Below are positions 47,647 through 58,485 of a stretch of DNA of 64,000 nt, one piece after another. The notes beneath the pieces were generated by a model. That model saw nothing but the letters and a program-made list of their open reading frames with translations, was not told the DNA's origin and searched no databases. Every line of letters begins with the position of its first letter. Position 1 is the stretch's first letter. Both the position numbers and the translations under genes were made by a program. This stretch comes from Ignavibacteria bacterium (GTDB taxonomy: Bacteria > Bacteroidota > Ignavibacteria > Ch128b): positions 417,231 through 481,230 of the forward strand of contig JABLYA010000001.1 in the NCBI GenBank assembly GCA_013177855.1. Reading direction: 5' to 3'.

Positions 47647-50184
47647 TTAAAACCTTACGCTTACTCCAAGAGTTGGGAAAATCGGTAATTGATATGTTTC
47701 TCTTCGTTTTAGATTCAAATTAGCATCAATATAGTAATCGTACCCAACTACATTTTTACGATTATAGACATTTATTACATCTAAGTAGAATAACCAGTTT
47801 AATCTCCAGAATTTAGTGTAATAAGATAACCTTAAGTCCAATCGATGATAGTCTGGTCTACGAGCATTATAAAAATTTGGATCTAATCCATAGTCAATAT
47901 TAAATAAAACTTCTTTTGGTGCATTTGGATTTAAATTAAATTTAGTCGCTATCTCAGGAGTCTCGGGTGAACCATCTCCATCTAAATCCTTAAGAACTAT
48001 CCTCGGTTTGATTCCAATCGGCTCAGTGTAAGGCAAACCACTTGAATAATTCCATCTTATGCCGACTTCAACTTTTTCAGAGAATTTGTAATTCATAACG
48101 AAATTAAAATTATGTCTTTGTTCAAATCTAAATGGAATTGTTTTCCCTAGTTCATTTCGTGTGGAATAAGACAACGAATAAGATATCCAGCCGTCAATTC
48201 GGTCAGTTACGCTTTTATTAATTTTAGCTAAAAAGATTTCCCATCCATAAGATCTACCGGTTGAATTATTAACAGGAATTGAAGTCGCAGAGTCTGACTG
48301 AATAGCAACTGGTTGTGTCCATGACGATAAATATCTTGGATCGGTTCCTAAAATTGGTTGAGTAATAAATTGAGTACCTTTTACTTTTAAAGGAACAATT
48401 AAATTTCTAAAATCTTTCAAATAAACTTCTGTCTTGAACTGCCATTGAGGAGTTAGATATCTTTCAAAACTTAAAATATAATGAATTGACTTTTCAGCAT
48501 TAAGATTATCAGTGTATTTTCTGGAAAAATCAAAGAGAACATTCTGGTCTCTTAATTTTTCGTAGCCTGGCGATTGATAATAATGACCGTAAAACGCTCG
48601 AATTGTTGTAATGTCATTAAGAGCGAACGATAAACCAATACGAGGAGAAATGTAGCTTTTCCGTAAAATATCATAGTAGTCAAGTCTCAAACCTGGAGAA
48701 AGGAAAATTTTATTTGATGAAAACAGAGATAAGTTCGATTGACCATACAATCTGAAGCGCCAGTAATCTAAATTTGATTTAAACTTATCAAGTACACTCC
48801 TGAAGCTGGAAAATGAATTTAGGATAGCTTTAAGTTGAGGATCGAGTTGGATATCAAATTTTATTTCTGTAGTCATATAGTCAAATCCAGCGCCAAACTC
48901 GAAATTATTTTTACCTGAATAGAAAAGAATTCTATCTTCAATCGAATATTTTCTGAAATCAAATAAAGAATTAAACGAAAAGTTTAAAAGAAAGGGATAG
49001 AGTGTATCGCTTATTTCTCCGCTAAAATCTTCTCGATTTAACGTAGGATCTAAAAACTTTGAGTCAAAATTTGTCTCACCTTTATTATTGTAAAAAGAAA
49101 GAATTAACTTATTACTAAAATTTCTTGATGCATATTGATAAGAAATTACAGAAAGATTATTGAATGATTGATCGTTAATTCCAAGACTATCAGGAGAAAC
49201 TCTTTTTCCATTTGTAATTAATGCAACTCCATCTCTCGAGTAAAGACTAGTAAACGAAACTTTATGTCCAGCAGATGGAAAAGTTGAAATCTGAAATTGA
49301 AAATCATAAAAATTTGGGAATGAGAAATCACCTTTTATTAAACCGGCGCGTTTAACAAATGGTTCAAGCAAAAGATCATAGTAAGTTCTTCTTGAATTAA
49401 ATATCCAGCTTCCTTCTAAACCAAAAGGATTTTTGCCTTCAAAAACAACATTCGCATTTGTCAAATTTATGTTAACATTACCGGAAAAGAATTTACTTCT
49501 CGCGCCATCTCTATTTGAAACTTCAAGTACTGCTGAAAGTCTATCACCATATCGGGCTGGGAAACCACCTGTAATTAAATTTATATCTTCAACCGTTTCA
49601 GGATTAAACATACTTATTGTACCGTACAAACGATAAGGATTGAATACTTCTACATCATTAAAAATAATAAGATTTTGATCAGGACCGCTTCCACGAATTA
49701 TCAATTGTGAAGAAAAATCATTAATTGAAGAAACACCCGGCAACGCTTGAAGAGTTCTCATAATATCTTCACCAGCGCCGGGTAAAATTTTTGCTGCTTT
49801 TGGCTCAATGCTAATTAAGCTTGTTCTTGCATCTTCCTGTGATTGTAGTTTAGAGGCACTAACTACAACTGATTGAATCTCAACTGCAACTTGTTTTAAG
49901 GTAATTTTTAAATCAATTGAATTCTTTTGAAGAAGATTTACTTCAAAAACTTTAGTTTCATATCCTATTGCACTTGCTTGTAATTTGTATTTAGCTGGTG
50001 GAATTTGAGTTAAAAGAAATTGACCATTCAAATCAGAGCTAGTTCCGTATTTTGTACCAAGTAAAATCAAATTCACACCAGGAATTGGTGAACCATCTTC
50101 ACTTACAACTCTTCCTTTGATTTCACCAGCAATTAAAACATTAGTTAAATTTATTATAAGAATTAAAACATAGATTATTTTCAT
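47647..50184 (-). CDS. TonB-dependent receptor with N-terminal carboxypeptidase-regulatory-like domain
   Basis: Start reassigned to ATG 50184 (MKIIYVLILII signal peptide); GEIKGRVVS...PIPGVN; LQALPGV; IRGSGPDQN; GGFPARYGDRLS; YHRLDLR; DVINVYNRKN; ends PTLGVSVRF. Confidence 0.9.
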   Translation of the reverse strand: MKIIYVLILIINLTNVLIAGEIKGRVVSEDGSPIPGVNLILLGTKYGTSSDLNGQFLLTQIPPAKYKLQASAIGYETKVFEVNLLQKNSIDLKITLKQVAVEIQSVVVSASKLQSQEDARTSLISIEPKAAKILPGAGEDIMRTLQALPGVSSINDFSSQLIIRGSGPDQNLIIFNDVEVFNPYRLYGTISMFNPETVEDINLITGGFPARYGDRLSAVLEVSNRDGARSKFFSGNVNINLTNANVVFEGKNPFGLEGSWIFNSRRTYYDLLLEPFVKRAGLIKGDFSFPNFYDFQFQISTFPSAGHKVSFTSLYSRDGVALITNGKRVSPDSLGINDQSFNNLSVISYQYASRNFSNKLILSFYNNKGETNFDSKFLDPTLNREDFSGEISDTLYPFLLNFSFNSLFDFRKYSIEDRILFYSGKNNFEFGAGFDYMTTEIKFDIQLDPQLKAILNSFSSFRSVLDKFKSNLDYWRFRLYGQSNLSLFSSNKIFLSPGLRLDYYDILRKSYISPRIGLSFALNDITTIRAFYGHYYQSPGYEKLRDQNVLFDFSRKYTDNLNAEKSIHYILSFERYLTPQWQFKTEVYLKDFRNLIVPLKVKGTQFITQPILGTDPRYLSSWTQPVAIQSDSATSIPVNNSTGRSYGWEIFLAKINKSVTDRIDGWISYSLSYSTRNELGKTIPFRFEQRHNFNFVMNYKFSEKVEVGIRWNYSSGLPYTEPIGIKPRIVLKDLDGDGSPETPEIATKFNLNPNAPKEVLFNIDYGLDPNFYNARRPDYHRLDLRLSYYTKFWRLNWLFYLDVINVYNRKNVVGYDYYIDANLNLKRRETYQLPIFPTLGVSVRF

Positions 50185-50244
50185 ACTTACACCGAGCTTT
50201 TCGAAATAACAATAAAAAAATAAAAAAAATTCTTTTACCAAAAT

Positions 50245-50275
50245 TTGACTTGTTAACTCTTGAAGTTTAATTTTG
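50245..50275 (+). promoter_or_regulatory. Putative pyr operon promoter TTGACT-17-TAATTTTG
   Basis: 17-nt spacing; ends 21 nt before the PyrR-binding hairpin. Confidence 0.65.
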
Positions 50276-50296
50276 CTCCAACTAAAAACAAAATAA

Positions 50297-50327
50297 CCTT
50301 TAATTCTATCCAGCGAGATAGAAAAGG
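50297..50327 (+). promoter_or_regulatory. PyrR-binding RNA hairpin
   Basis: CCUUUAAU-UCUAUC-CAGCGA-GAUAGA-AAAGG: UUUAA motif, upper stem with CNGNGA hexaloop and lower CCUUU/AAAGG stem, as in Bacillus pyr binding loops; directly upstream of pyrR. Confidence 0.85.
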
Positions 50328-50334
50328 AAACTAA

Positions 50335-50375
50335 ATGAAAAAACACAAGAGTTTATCAATAACAAAAATAAAGGA

Positions 50376-50388
<13 letters not shown>
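50335..50388 (+). CDS. Putative pyr leader peptide (17 aa, MKKHKSLSITKIKDPIG)
   Basis: SD AAAGGA (50323-50328) 6 nt upstream, inside the PyrR hairpin 3' arm; TGA stop falls in the terminator loop. Confidence 0.6.
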
Positions 50389-50956
<568 letters not shown>

Positions 50957-50968
50957 AAGGAGAATTTA

Positions 50969-51895
50969 ATGTTAAGTTCAAGGCACCTGCTCGGTCTTTA
51001 TGGAGTTCCAAAAAAAGATATTGAATTAATTTTAGATACTGCTAAAACTTTCCGTGAAATTATTGAGAGACCAATTAAAAAAGTCCCAACTCTCCAGGGT
51101 AAAACCGTTGTAAATCTTTTCTTCGAAAGTTCAACACGAACAAGAATTTCATTTGAACTTGCAGAGAAGAGACTTTCCGCTGATGTTTTGAATTTTTCTG
51201 CATCAACCAGTTCGCTCACCAAGGGTGAGACATTAAAAGATACAGTGCGAAACATTGAAGCAATGAAAATTGATATGGTTGTAATAAGGCATTCTGCTGC
51301 TGGTTCACCTCACTATTTAACTCAGCTTATTGATGCGAATGTCATAAATGCCGGCGATGGAACTCACGAACATCCAACTCAAGCCTTACTCGATATGTAT
51401 ACGATCAGAGAAAAGATAGGGAGAATTGAAGGACTAAATGTATGTATTGTTGGGGATATTTCTCACAGCAGAGTTGCAATGTCAAATATTTTTGGTTTGC
51501 TTACAATGGGAGCGAATGTTGCTGTTTGTGGTCCAAAAACAATGATCCCAAAAGATATTGATAAATTAGGCGTCATGGTATTTACCAAAATTGATGATGC
51601 GATCAAATTTGCAGATGTATTGAATATTCTTCGAATTCAACTCGAAAGAGGTGCTGCATCAAACTTCCCCTCGCTTAGAGAATATCACCGACTTTTTGGA
51701 ATAACAAAAGAAAGATTACTAAAGCACAAAAAAGATATTTTAATAATGCATCCAGGACCAATTAATCGCGGTGTAGAATTATCCTCTGATGTTGCTGATG
51801 GTTCAAATTCAGTCATTCTTGAACAGGTTACAAACGGTGTCGCTGTAAGAATGGCAGTGCTTTATTTAATTGGAACAAGAACAGAAGAAAATTAA
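50969..51895 (+). CDS. pyrB: Aspartate carbamoyltransferase catalytic subunit
   Basis: FFESSTRTRISFE, NAGDGTHEHPTQALLD, HPGPINRGVE. Confidence 0.97.
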   Translation: MLSSRHLLGLYGVPKKDIELILDTAKTFREIIERPIKKVPTLQGKTVVNLFFESSTRTRISFELAEKRLSADVLNFSASTSSLTKGETLKDTVRNIEAMKIDMVVIRHSAAGSPHYLTQLIDANVINAGDGTHEHPTQALLDMYTIREKIGRIEGLNVCIVGDISHSRVAMSNIFGLLTMGANVAVCGPKTMIPKDIDKLGVMVFTKIDDAIKFADVLNILRIQLERGAASNFPSLREYHRLFGITKERLLKHKKDILIMHPGPINRGVELSSDVADGSNSVILEQVTNGVAVRMAVLYLIGTRTEEN

Positions 51896-51910
51896 ACCAA
51901 AGGATTTAAG

Positions 51911-53200
51911 ATGAAAGTACTTCTAAAAAATGCTTTTCTGATTGACCCGCAAGTAGAGTTAAATATTAAAGGAGATTTATTAATTGAAGACGGAGTAATT
52001 TCAAAAATCGATACAAGTATAAAAGAAAATGTTGATGAAATTTTTGATCTTAAAAATTTAGTGGTTGTTCCAGGTTTTGCAGATGCCCATGTTCATCTCA
52101 GAGAACCAGGCAGAGAAGATGAAGAAACTGTTCAAAGTGGAATTGAAGCTGGAATGAATGGTGGCTTTTCAGCTTTATGTTGTATGCCAAATACAGAACC
52201 AGCGATAGATTGTGCCGAAGTGGTAACATTTGTAAAAGACCGTGCTGCTAATTCACTTGTAGATGTATATCCAATCGGTGCAGTGACCAAAAAAAGAGAA
52301 GGGAAAGAACTGGCATTGCTTGGTGAAATGTATGAAGCTGGAGTAGTAGGTTTTTCTGATGATGGTGATCCAATATCAACTTCAAAAATAATGAAGTATG
52401 CACTTGAATATTCTTCAATGTTCGATTTACCAATCATTGAACACTGTGAAGATAAATCGCTCACCGAAAATGGTGTGATGAATGAAAGTATCAACTCAAC
52501 GAAATTCGGATTACCTCCACACCCATCGCTTGCAGAAGTAATAATCGCATTAAGAGACATTGCAATTTTAAGATACACAGGAGGTAAACTACATTTAGCT
52601 CATATTAGCGCAAAAGAAACCGTCGAAGTTCTACGATTAGCCAAAAAAGAAGGATTGAACATTACAGGCGAAGTCACACCGCATCATTTTTCTTTAACTG
52701 ATGATGCAGTTGAAAACTACGACACAAATACTAAGGTCAATCCTCCATTGAGAACACAACAAGATGTAAATGCATTAATTGAAGCATTGAAAGATGGAAC
52801 TATAGATATAATTGCAAGTGATCACGCTCCCCATTCAATTGAAGAAAAAGAATGGGAATACATTTACGCCCCATTTGGAATGATTGGACTTGAAACTTCC
52901 ATTGGACTGACTCTGACAAAACTTTATCACAGTAAAATCCTATCAATCGAGGAAATAATTTATAAGATGTCAATTAATCCGAGAAAAATTTTTAAACTTA
53001 AAGAAGCAGTTATCAAACCAGGTGCAGCTGCAAATCTTACAATACTCGATTTAGAAAAAGAATGGATTGTCGACAAATTTTCTTTTAAGTCAAAAAGTAT
53101 TAACACACCATTTCATGGTTGGAAATTAAAAGGAAAATCAGCAGGGGTAATCAATAATTCAAAATTTTTCTTTGAGAATAAATTAATAGATTTGATTTGA
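51911..53200 (+). CDS. pyrC: Dihydroorotase (type I)
   Basis: DAHVHLREPG, MPNTEP, EVTPHHF, KVNPPLR, IASDHAPH. Confidence 0.96.
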   Translation: MKVLLKNAFLIDPQVELNIKGDLLIEDGVISKIDTSIKENVDEIFDLKNLVVVPGFADAHVHLREPGREDEETVQSGIEAGMNGGFSALCCMPNTEPAIDCAEVVTFVKDRAANSLVDVYPIGAVTKKREGKELALLGEMYEAGVVGFSDDGDPISTSKIMKYALEYSSMFDLPIIEHCEDKSLTENGVMNESINSTKFGLPPHPSLAEVIIALRDIAILRYTGGKLHLAHISAKETVEVLRLAKKEGLNITGEVTPHHFSLTDDAVENYDTNTKVNPPLRTQQDVNALIEALKDGTIDIIASDHAPHSIEEKEWEYIYAPFGMIGLETSIGLTLTKLYHSKILSIEEIIYKMSINPRKIFKLKEAVIKPGAAANLTILDLEKEWIVDKFSFKSKSINTPFHGWKLKGKSAGVINNSKFFFENKLIDLI

Positions 53201-53231
53201 AAATTTTGAAAGTGATTTAATTTAAAAGCTT

Positions 53232-54176
53232 ATGAAAAGAAATAGCGTAGCTTTAGTTCTTGGCAGTGGTGGAGCAAGAGGTTTAGCTCATATTGGTGTA
53301 ATTAAAGCACTCACCAGATTTAAGATTCCAATTGATCTTGTGATTGGTACAAGTATGGGTGCATTTATTGGCGGATTTTTTTGCAAAGGATACACTCCTG
53401 AAGAAATGATTAAAATTGCATTGAGTGTTGATAAACTTTTTACTTTAAAAATGTTAATTCCAACTTTTCCAAAATTTGGAATTATTGATCCAGAAAAAAT
53501 TAAAAATTACCTGAAACAATATTTAGGCAACATAAAAATCGAAGAACTCGATTTACCTTTTTTTGCTGTCTCAACCGATCTGATTTCAGGCAGAGAAATT
53601 ATTTTCAACACTAACTCACTTATTGATGCAATTGTATCATCTGTAGCAGTTCCGGGATTAATAAAACCTCATTACTATCAAAAAAGATATTTTGTGGACG
53701 GCGGACTTGTAAATCCTTTACCTGTGAGTGTCGCTTATAAATTAAAAGCAAAATATATCATTGCGGTCAATGTGACTAAATCACCTGTTAAGATTAAACT
53801 AAATTCTATCAAAAGTCCTGATAGATTTGATCTGTTCATAAAAAAATTAAAACAAAGTGATTTTGTCTCAAGGATATCAGATATTCTGCCAGACAAATTT
53901 TTCTCAAATTTCTTTGATGAAAGACAAAAGGATATTGAACCAGAATATCCAGGAATGCTTCAGACACTCCTTCAAAGTTTTTCAATTATGGAAAATCAAC
54001 TCGTCAATCTTTATCTGAGATATTACCCTCCTCACATAATAATCAATCCACCGATACAAGATTTTAATATGCTTGAATTCTTTCGATCAAAAGAATTAAT
54101 CGAATTGGGCGAAAAAGCAACTCTGCCTAAAATCCCTCAAATCAAAAAAGATTTAAAGAAATTGCAAATTATCTGA
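53232..54176 (+). CDS. Patatin-like phospholipase (RssA-like)
   Basis: LGSGGARGLAHIGV, GTSMG, VDGG. Confidence 0.92.
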   Translation: MKRNSVALVLGSGGARGLAHIGVIKALTRFKIPIDLVIGTSMGAFIGGFFCKGYTPEEMIKIALSVDKLFTLKMLIPTFPKFGIIDPEKIKNYLKQYLGNIKIEELDLPFFAVSTDLISGREIIFNTNSLIDAIVSSVAVPGLIKPHYYQKRYFVDGGLVNPLPVSVAYKLKAKYIIAVNVTKSPVKIKLNSIKSPDRFDLFIKKLKQSDFVSRISDILPDKFFSNFFDERQKDIEPEYPGMLQTLLQSFSIMENQLVNLYLRYYPPHIIINPPIQDFNMLEFFRSKELIELGEKATLPKIPQIKKDLKKLQII

Positions 54177-54449
54177 ACTGATTAAACTTATTTTGAAAAT
54201 CTAAATTAGAACTCAAAGAAAGACATGCATTTCTTATTAAAAGAATGAAAGATGGAATTTTACCCAACTGCAGAGATTTAGTAGAAAATTCTCTTTGATT
54301 CGATTTTATCAATAATCAAAAATTGAATTCTTAAAAATCAACCCAATAAAAATTTTTAAGTTTATTTAAAAAATGGTGGTCAACTTTGTTTAATAAAAAG
54401 AAAGTTGTGCGGGCAAGAATTACTAGACTTATAGAGAAAAGATAAAAGA

Positions 54450-54524
54450 AGAGAGGGAGGCAATTTTTTTAATGGGGGGTTAAGGCTGTATTGGGCAAGT
54501 TTTAGGTGGGCTTCCTCCCTCTCT
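54450..54524. repeat. GC-rich 11-bp inverted repeat enclosing a 53-nt G-rich segment (candidate ncRNA)
   Basis: AGAGAGGGAGG (54450-54460) / CCTCCCTCTCT (54514-54524) in an otherwise AT-rich 470-bp intergenic region. Confidence 0.5.
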
Positions 54525-54596
54525 CTTATTCATTAAGGGCTACACTCAATTTTAACTTCTGTAAAAAACTTTTTCAATTAAACCCTTTACAGTTTC

Positions 54597-54617
54597 AATT
54601 ACAAATAATTTGTAATT
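54597..54617. promoter_or_regulatory. Perfect palindrome AATTACAAAT-A-ATTTGTAATT, candidate transcription-factor site
   Basis: 10-1-10 inverted repeat 31 nt upstream of the decarboxylase ATG. Confidence 0.5.
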
Positions 54618-54648
54618 TTATTCTGTCAAACAAATTTTTGGAGAACTA

Positions 54649-56031
54649 ATGTCTACTCAAACTTATATCGAATTATTTTTAAAAGCAAGTAAAACCTTAC
54701 AAGAATATAAAAATTCTTTTCCTGAATATAAGGCACACAAAACCCTGCAACTAAACAGCAAGCAGGAAAAGATTCTTTTAAAACTTTGCAAGAGACTTTT
54801 CAATACTTATCCAACATTCCATCCAAATTATATCGGGCAGATGATAAAACCACCAGTGGATTTAGCAACGCTCAGTTATTCCATCGCTTTATTTTACAAC
54901 TCAAACAATCATGCTTTGGACGGAGGACCTGAAACAAGCTACCTCGAAAAAGAAGCTATTGAGCAATTAGCTCAAATGATTGGATATAAAAAATTCCTTG
55001 GGCATCTCACTTCTGGCGGTACTATGGCTAATCTTGAAGGGTTGTGGATTTCAAAACTCGTAACTCAAAATAAAAAGTTTGCAATATGTGAAAATGCACA
55101 CTACACGCATACAAGGCTTTCTCAAGTTCTTGATTTTCAATCTGAATTAGTCCCGATGAATAAAGAAGGTAAAATGAATTTAGGTTATCTATATGAATTA
55201 TTGAAGAAAGAAAAGATCGGGACAGTGATTGCAACTTTGGGTACGACTGGATTAGGTGCTCTTGATGAAATAGATGAAATACTAAAACTTAAAAATACAT
55301 TTAATTTTAGATTACATATTGATGCTGCATATGGTGGATATTTTAAAATTCTTGCAAACAACAAATCAGATCTCATAAATCGAAAAATTTTTGATTCAAT
55401 GAATATGTCGGATAGCGTTGTCATCGATCCGCATAAGCACGGACTTCAACCATACGGCTGCGGAAGTATTATTTTCAAGGATCCTTCAGTTGGAAAATTT
55501 TATAAACACGATTCACCATATACATATTTTACTTCAAAGGAATTACATCTCGGTGAAGTTACTCTTGAATGTTCAAGACCTGGAGCTTCTGCTTCAGCGT
55601 TATGGGCAACACTTCAAGCTTTTCCTTTGAAAGGCAAAAAAGGAATGCACAACATTTTAGAACTGACACGAAAAGCATCGCTAAAATTTTATGAATTACT
55701 AACAAACAGTGATTACTTTACACCGCTCTTAAAACCTGAACTCGACATTGTAAATTATTTTCCAAAATTTAATTCAACATCCGAAATAAGTAAACTGAGT
55801 GAAATTCTTTTTAATAAATGGATGAAAAATAAAAATTACCCGATTTATGTTTCAAAGTATAGATTAAATTCTAAATTCTTCAAAATGCTCTTTCCTGAAA
55901 TAAAACAAAACTCAAAAGAAGTTATTATTCTAAGATCTGTCTTGATGAAACCTGAACATTATTATTACATTAAGGATATTTTTGAGGAGATGGAGAGAAG
56001 TGCGAAAAATATTTTCGATAAATTGAAATAA
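54649..56031 (+). CDS. Group II PLP-dependent amino acid decarboxylase
   Basis: TSGGTMANLEGLW, GTTGLGALD, LHIDAAYGG, IDPHKHG (PLP lysine), LECSRPG. Confidence 0.9.
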   Translation: MSTQTYIELFLKASKTLQEYKNSFPEYKAHKTLQLNSKQEKILLKLCKRLFNTYPTFHPNYIGQMIKPPVDLATLSYSIALFYNSNNHALDGGPETSYLEKEAIEQLAQMIGYKKFLGHLTSGGTMANLEGLWISKLVTQNKKFAICENAHYTHTRLSQVLDFQSELVPMNKEGKMNLGYLYELLKKEKIGTVIATLGTTGLGALDEIDEILKLKNTFNFRLHIDAAYGGYFKILANNKSDLINRKIFDSMNMSDSVVIDPHKHGLQPYGCGSIIFKDPSVGKFYKHDSPYTYFTSKELHLGEVTLECSRPGASASALWATLQAFPLKGKKGMHNILELTRKASLKFYELLTNSDYFTPLLKPELDIVNYFPKFNSTSEISKLSEILFNKWMKNKNYPIYVSKYRLNSKFFKMLFPEIKQNSKEVIILRSVLMKPEHYYYIKDIFEEMERSAKNIFDKLK

Positions 56032-56204
56032 TTCATGATAATATCAAATTATGATAAGAGAAGAGAGATTGTTTTATAGTTTATAGACACGTTATGTGAT
56101 TAAAATTTTTTATATCCCTGCAATCGCATTGTCATAAATGGTAATGCTTTGCGAACAAATCATCATGAATGATGATGAAAGAGGAAAGAAATTTTTCTTT
56201 ATTA

Positions 56205-56235
56205 TTGATTTTACCTTTCATTGTTTTTAAGTTTG
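56205..56235 (+). promoter_or_regulatory. Putative smpB promoter TTGATT-17-TAAGTTTG
   Basis: 17-nt spacing; ends 7 nt before the smpB ATG, which has no SD. Confidence 0.6.
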
Positions 56236-56242
56236 CTTCGCA

Positions 56243-56704
56243 ATGAATCAGAATTCCGAAGAGAGAACGCTTATTACGAATAAGAGAGCAGAGCATGATT
56301 ATTTCATTTTGAATAGATACGAAGCTGGAATTGCTCTAAAAGGGACTGAGGTTAAATCCCTCAGACAGGGAAAAGCAAATTTTCTTGATTCTTATGTTGA
56401 TTTTATTAATGGTGAAGCGTATCTGGTGAATATGCATATTAGCGAGTACACTCAGGGAAATCGTTTTAATCACGAAGAGAAAAGAAAAAGGAAATTGCTT
56501 CTGAAAAAAAATGAGATACTCAAGCTCCAACAAAAAGTAAAAGAAAAAGGTTATACAGTTATTCCTTTACGCGCTTATGTTAAAAACGGTAAAATAAAAA
56601 TCGAGATTGCCCTGGCAAGAGGCAAAAAAATGTATGACAAAAGAGAATCAATTGCAGAGAAAGATTTAAAACGAGAATTAGAGAGGAAGTATAAGATAAA
56701 TTGA
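56243..56704 (+). CDS. smpB: SsrA-binding protein
   Basis: [39 protein letters not shown]. Confidence 0.97.
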   Translation: MNQNSEERTLITNKRAEHDYFILNRYEAGIALKGTEVKSLRQGKANFLDSYVDFINGEAYLVNMHISEYTQGNRFNHEEKRKRKLLLKKNEILKLQQKVKEKGYTVIPLRAYVKNGKIKIEIALARGKKMYDKRESIAEKDLKRELERKYKIN

Positions 56705-57924
56705 AAGCTAAATTTCCACCGCTGAACGAACAACTCGATTTAATTCAAAGAGGCACCGAAGAAATCATCCCCATCGAAGAGCTTGAAATTAAAATAAAAA
56801 GATCAATTGAAACGGGAATTCCTTTAAATGTAAAATTAGGTGCTGATCCAAGTCGTCCAGATTTACATCTTGGGCATACTGTTGTTCTAAAAAAACTCCG
56901 TCACTTTCAGGATTTAGGACATCAGGCGATTTTAATTATTGGTGATTTCACCGGAATGATTGGTGATCCAACTGGAAGAAGCAAAACACGTCCTCCACTT
57001 ACTCTTGAAGAAACGAGAGAATTTGGTAAAACATATTTTGAACAGGCTTCAAAAGTCATTGATGGAAAGAAGGCAAAAATTGTTTATAACTCCGAATGGT
57101 TAGCTAAAATGACTTTTGAGGATGTTATAAAGCTTGCTTCCAAGTACACCGTTGCTCGAATGCTTGAGAGAGACGATTTTGAGAAGCGTTATAAAAATGG
57201 CGAACCAATTAGCATTCATGAGTTCTTGTATCCTTTAGCTCAAGCAATGGACTCAGTTGCAATTAAAGCTGATGTGGAACTTGGTGGAACGGATCAAAAA
57301 TTCAATCTGCTTGTTGGGAGAGATATTCAAAGAGAATATGGGCAGGAGCCGCAAGTCATTTTGACGATGCCAATTCTTCCTGGAACTGACGGCATCGAAA
57401 AGATGAGCAAATCTCTTGATAATTACATAGGTATATCTGAGCCACCTGAAGAAATTTATGGAAAAACAATGTCTATCCCCGACTCATTGATTTATACTTA
57501 CTTTGAACTCGTAACAGATGTAAACAAAGAAGAGCTAATGAAAATCAAACAACAACTTTCTGATCCATCAATCAATCCAAGAGATTTGAAAAGAAAACTC
57601 GCTCGTACAATTGTTGAACAATATTATTCTAAGGAAGCTGCTCATCAGGCAGAAGAAAACTTTGATAAAATTTTTGTAAGAAAAGAAATTCCTGAAGAAG
57701 TGAATGAAGTTTTTATAGATAAAGCTTCAGCTTCAAACATAATTTCACTGCTTCGAGCCGTTGGTGCTGCACCATCTAACAGTGAAGCAAGAAGACTTGT
57801 TGAACAAGGTGGTGTTTCAATCAACGGTGAAAAAATCTCAAATGTTAATGCTCAACTTCAAATCCAAAATGAATCAATCTTAAAAGTAGGTAAACGTAAA
57901 TTTTATAAATTAATAATTAAATAG
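56701..57924 (+). CDS. tyrS: Tyrosine--tRNA ligase
   Basis: [13 protein letters not shown] (HIGH-type), [16 protein letters not shown]-terminal S4 domain VGKRKF; TTG start overlapping the smpB stop. Confidence 0.97.
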   Translation: MKAKFPPLNEQLDLIQRGTEEIIPIEELEIKIKRSIETGIPLNVKLGADPSRPDLHLGHTVVLKKLRHFQDLGHQAILIIGDFTGMIGDPTGRSKTRPPLTLEETREFGKTYFEQASKVIDGKKAKIVYNSEWLAKMTFEDVIKLASKYTVARMLERDDFEKRYKNGEPISIHEFLYPLAQAMDSVAIKADVELGGTDQKFNLLVGRDIQREYGQEPQVILTMPILPGTDGIEKMSKSLDNYIGISEPPEEIYGKTMSIPDSLIYTYFELVTDVNKEELMKIKQQLSDPSINPRDLKRKLARTIVEQYYSKEAAHQAEENFDKIFVRKEIPEEVNEVFIDKASASNIISLLRAVGAAPSNSEARRLVEQGGVSINGEKISNVNAQLQIQNESILKVGKRKFYKLIIK

Positions 57925-57939
57925 AGGAGGAAATTAAAA

Positions 57940-58485
57940 TTGTTCGTACCGACAAGAGTATTTTTCACTAAAGGTGTTGGAAGACACAAAGAATATCTTC
58001 AATCATTCGAGCTTGCATTAAGAAGCGCTGGAATAGAAAAATGCAATCTTGTTTCTGTTTCAAGTATTTATCCTCCAGGCTGCAAAAGAATTCCTGCACA
58101 AGAAGGATTAAAGTTACTTCAACCAGGTCAAATTACCTTTTGTGTTATGGCAAGAAACGCCACAAACGAACCCAATCGATTAATCGCTGCATCAATTGGT
58201 GTTGCAATTCCAGCTGATGAAACTCAATACGGATATCTTTCTGAGCATCATCCTTACGGTGAGACTGACAGCAAAGCTGGTGAATACGCTGAAGATCTTG
58301 CTGCAACAATGTTAGCTACAACCTTAGGAATTGATTTTGATCCTGAAACAGCCTGGAGTGAACGAGAAAATATTTATAAAATGTCTGGAAAAATTATCCG
58401 CACATTTAATATAACCCAGTCGGCTGAAGGCGATAAAAACGGACTCTGGACAACAGTTATCGCTGCTGCTATTTTTCTTCCTTAA
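57940..58485 (+). CDS. Pyruvoyl-dependent arginine decarboxylase (PdaD/AaxB family)
   Basis: [23 protein letters not shown] (Ser-Ser autocleavage site), [21 protein letters not shown]. Confidence 0.9.
   Translation: MFVPTRVFFTKGVGRHKEYLQSFELALRSAGIEKCNLVSVSSIYPPGCKRIPAQEGLKLLQPGQITFCVMARNATNEPNRLIAASIGVAIPADETQYGYLSEHHPYGETDSKAGEYAEDLAATMLATTLGIDFDPETAWSERENIYKMSGKIIRTFNITQSAEGDKNGLWTTVIAAAIFLP

Noticed and set aside
50185..50346. 54-aa N-terminal extension of the TBDR given in the ORF track
   Set aside because: Overlaps the pyr promoter and PyrR hairpin; a proper signal peptide begins at ATG 50184
54455..54510. G-quadruplex from four G-runs
   Set aside because: Loops of 12-16 nt are long and the first G-run is sequestered in the competing 11-bp stem
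56032..56242. tmRNA next to smpB
   Set aside because: Gap is only about 210 bp, AT-rich, and lacks GGGG...CCACCA tRNA-like ends
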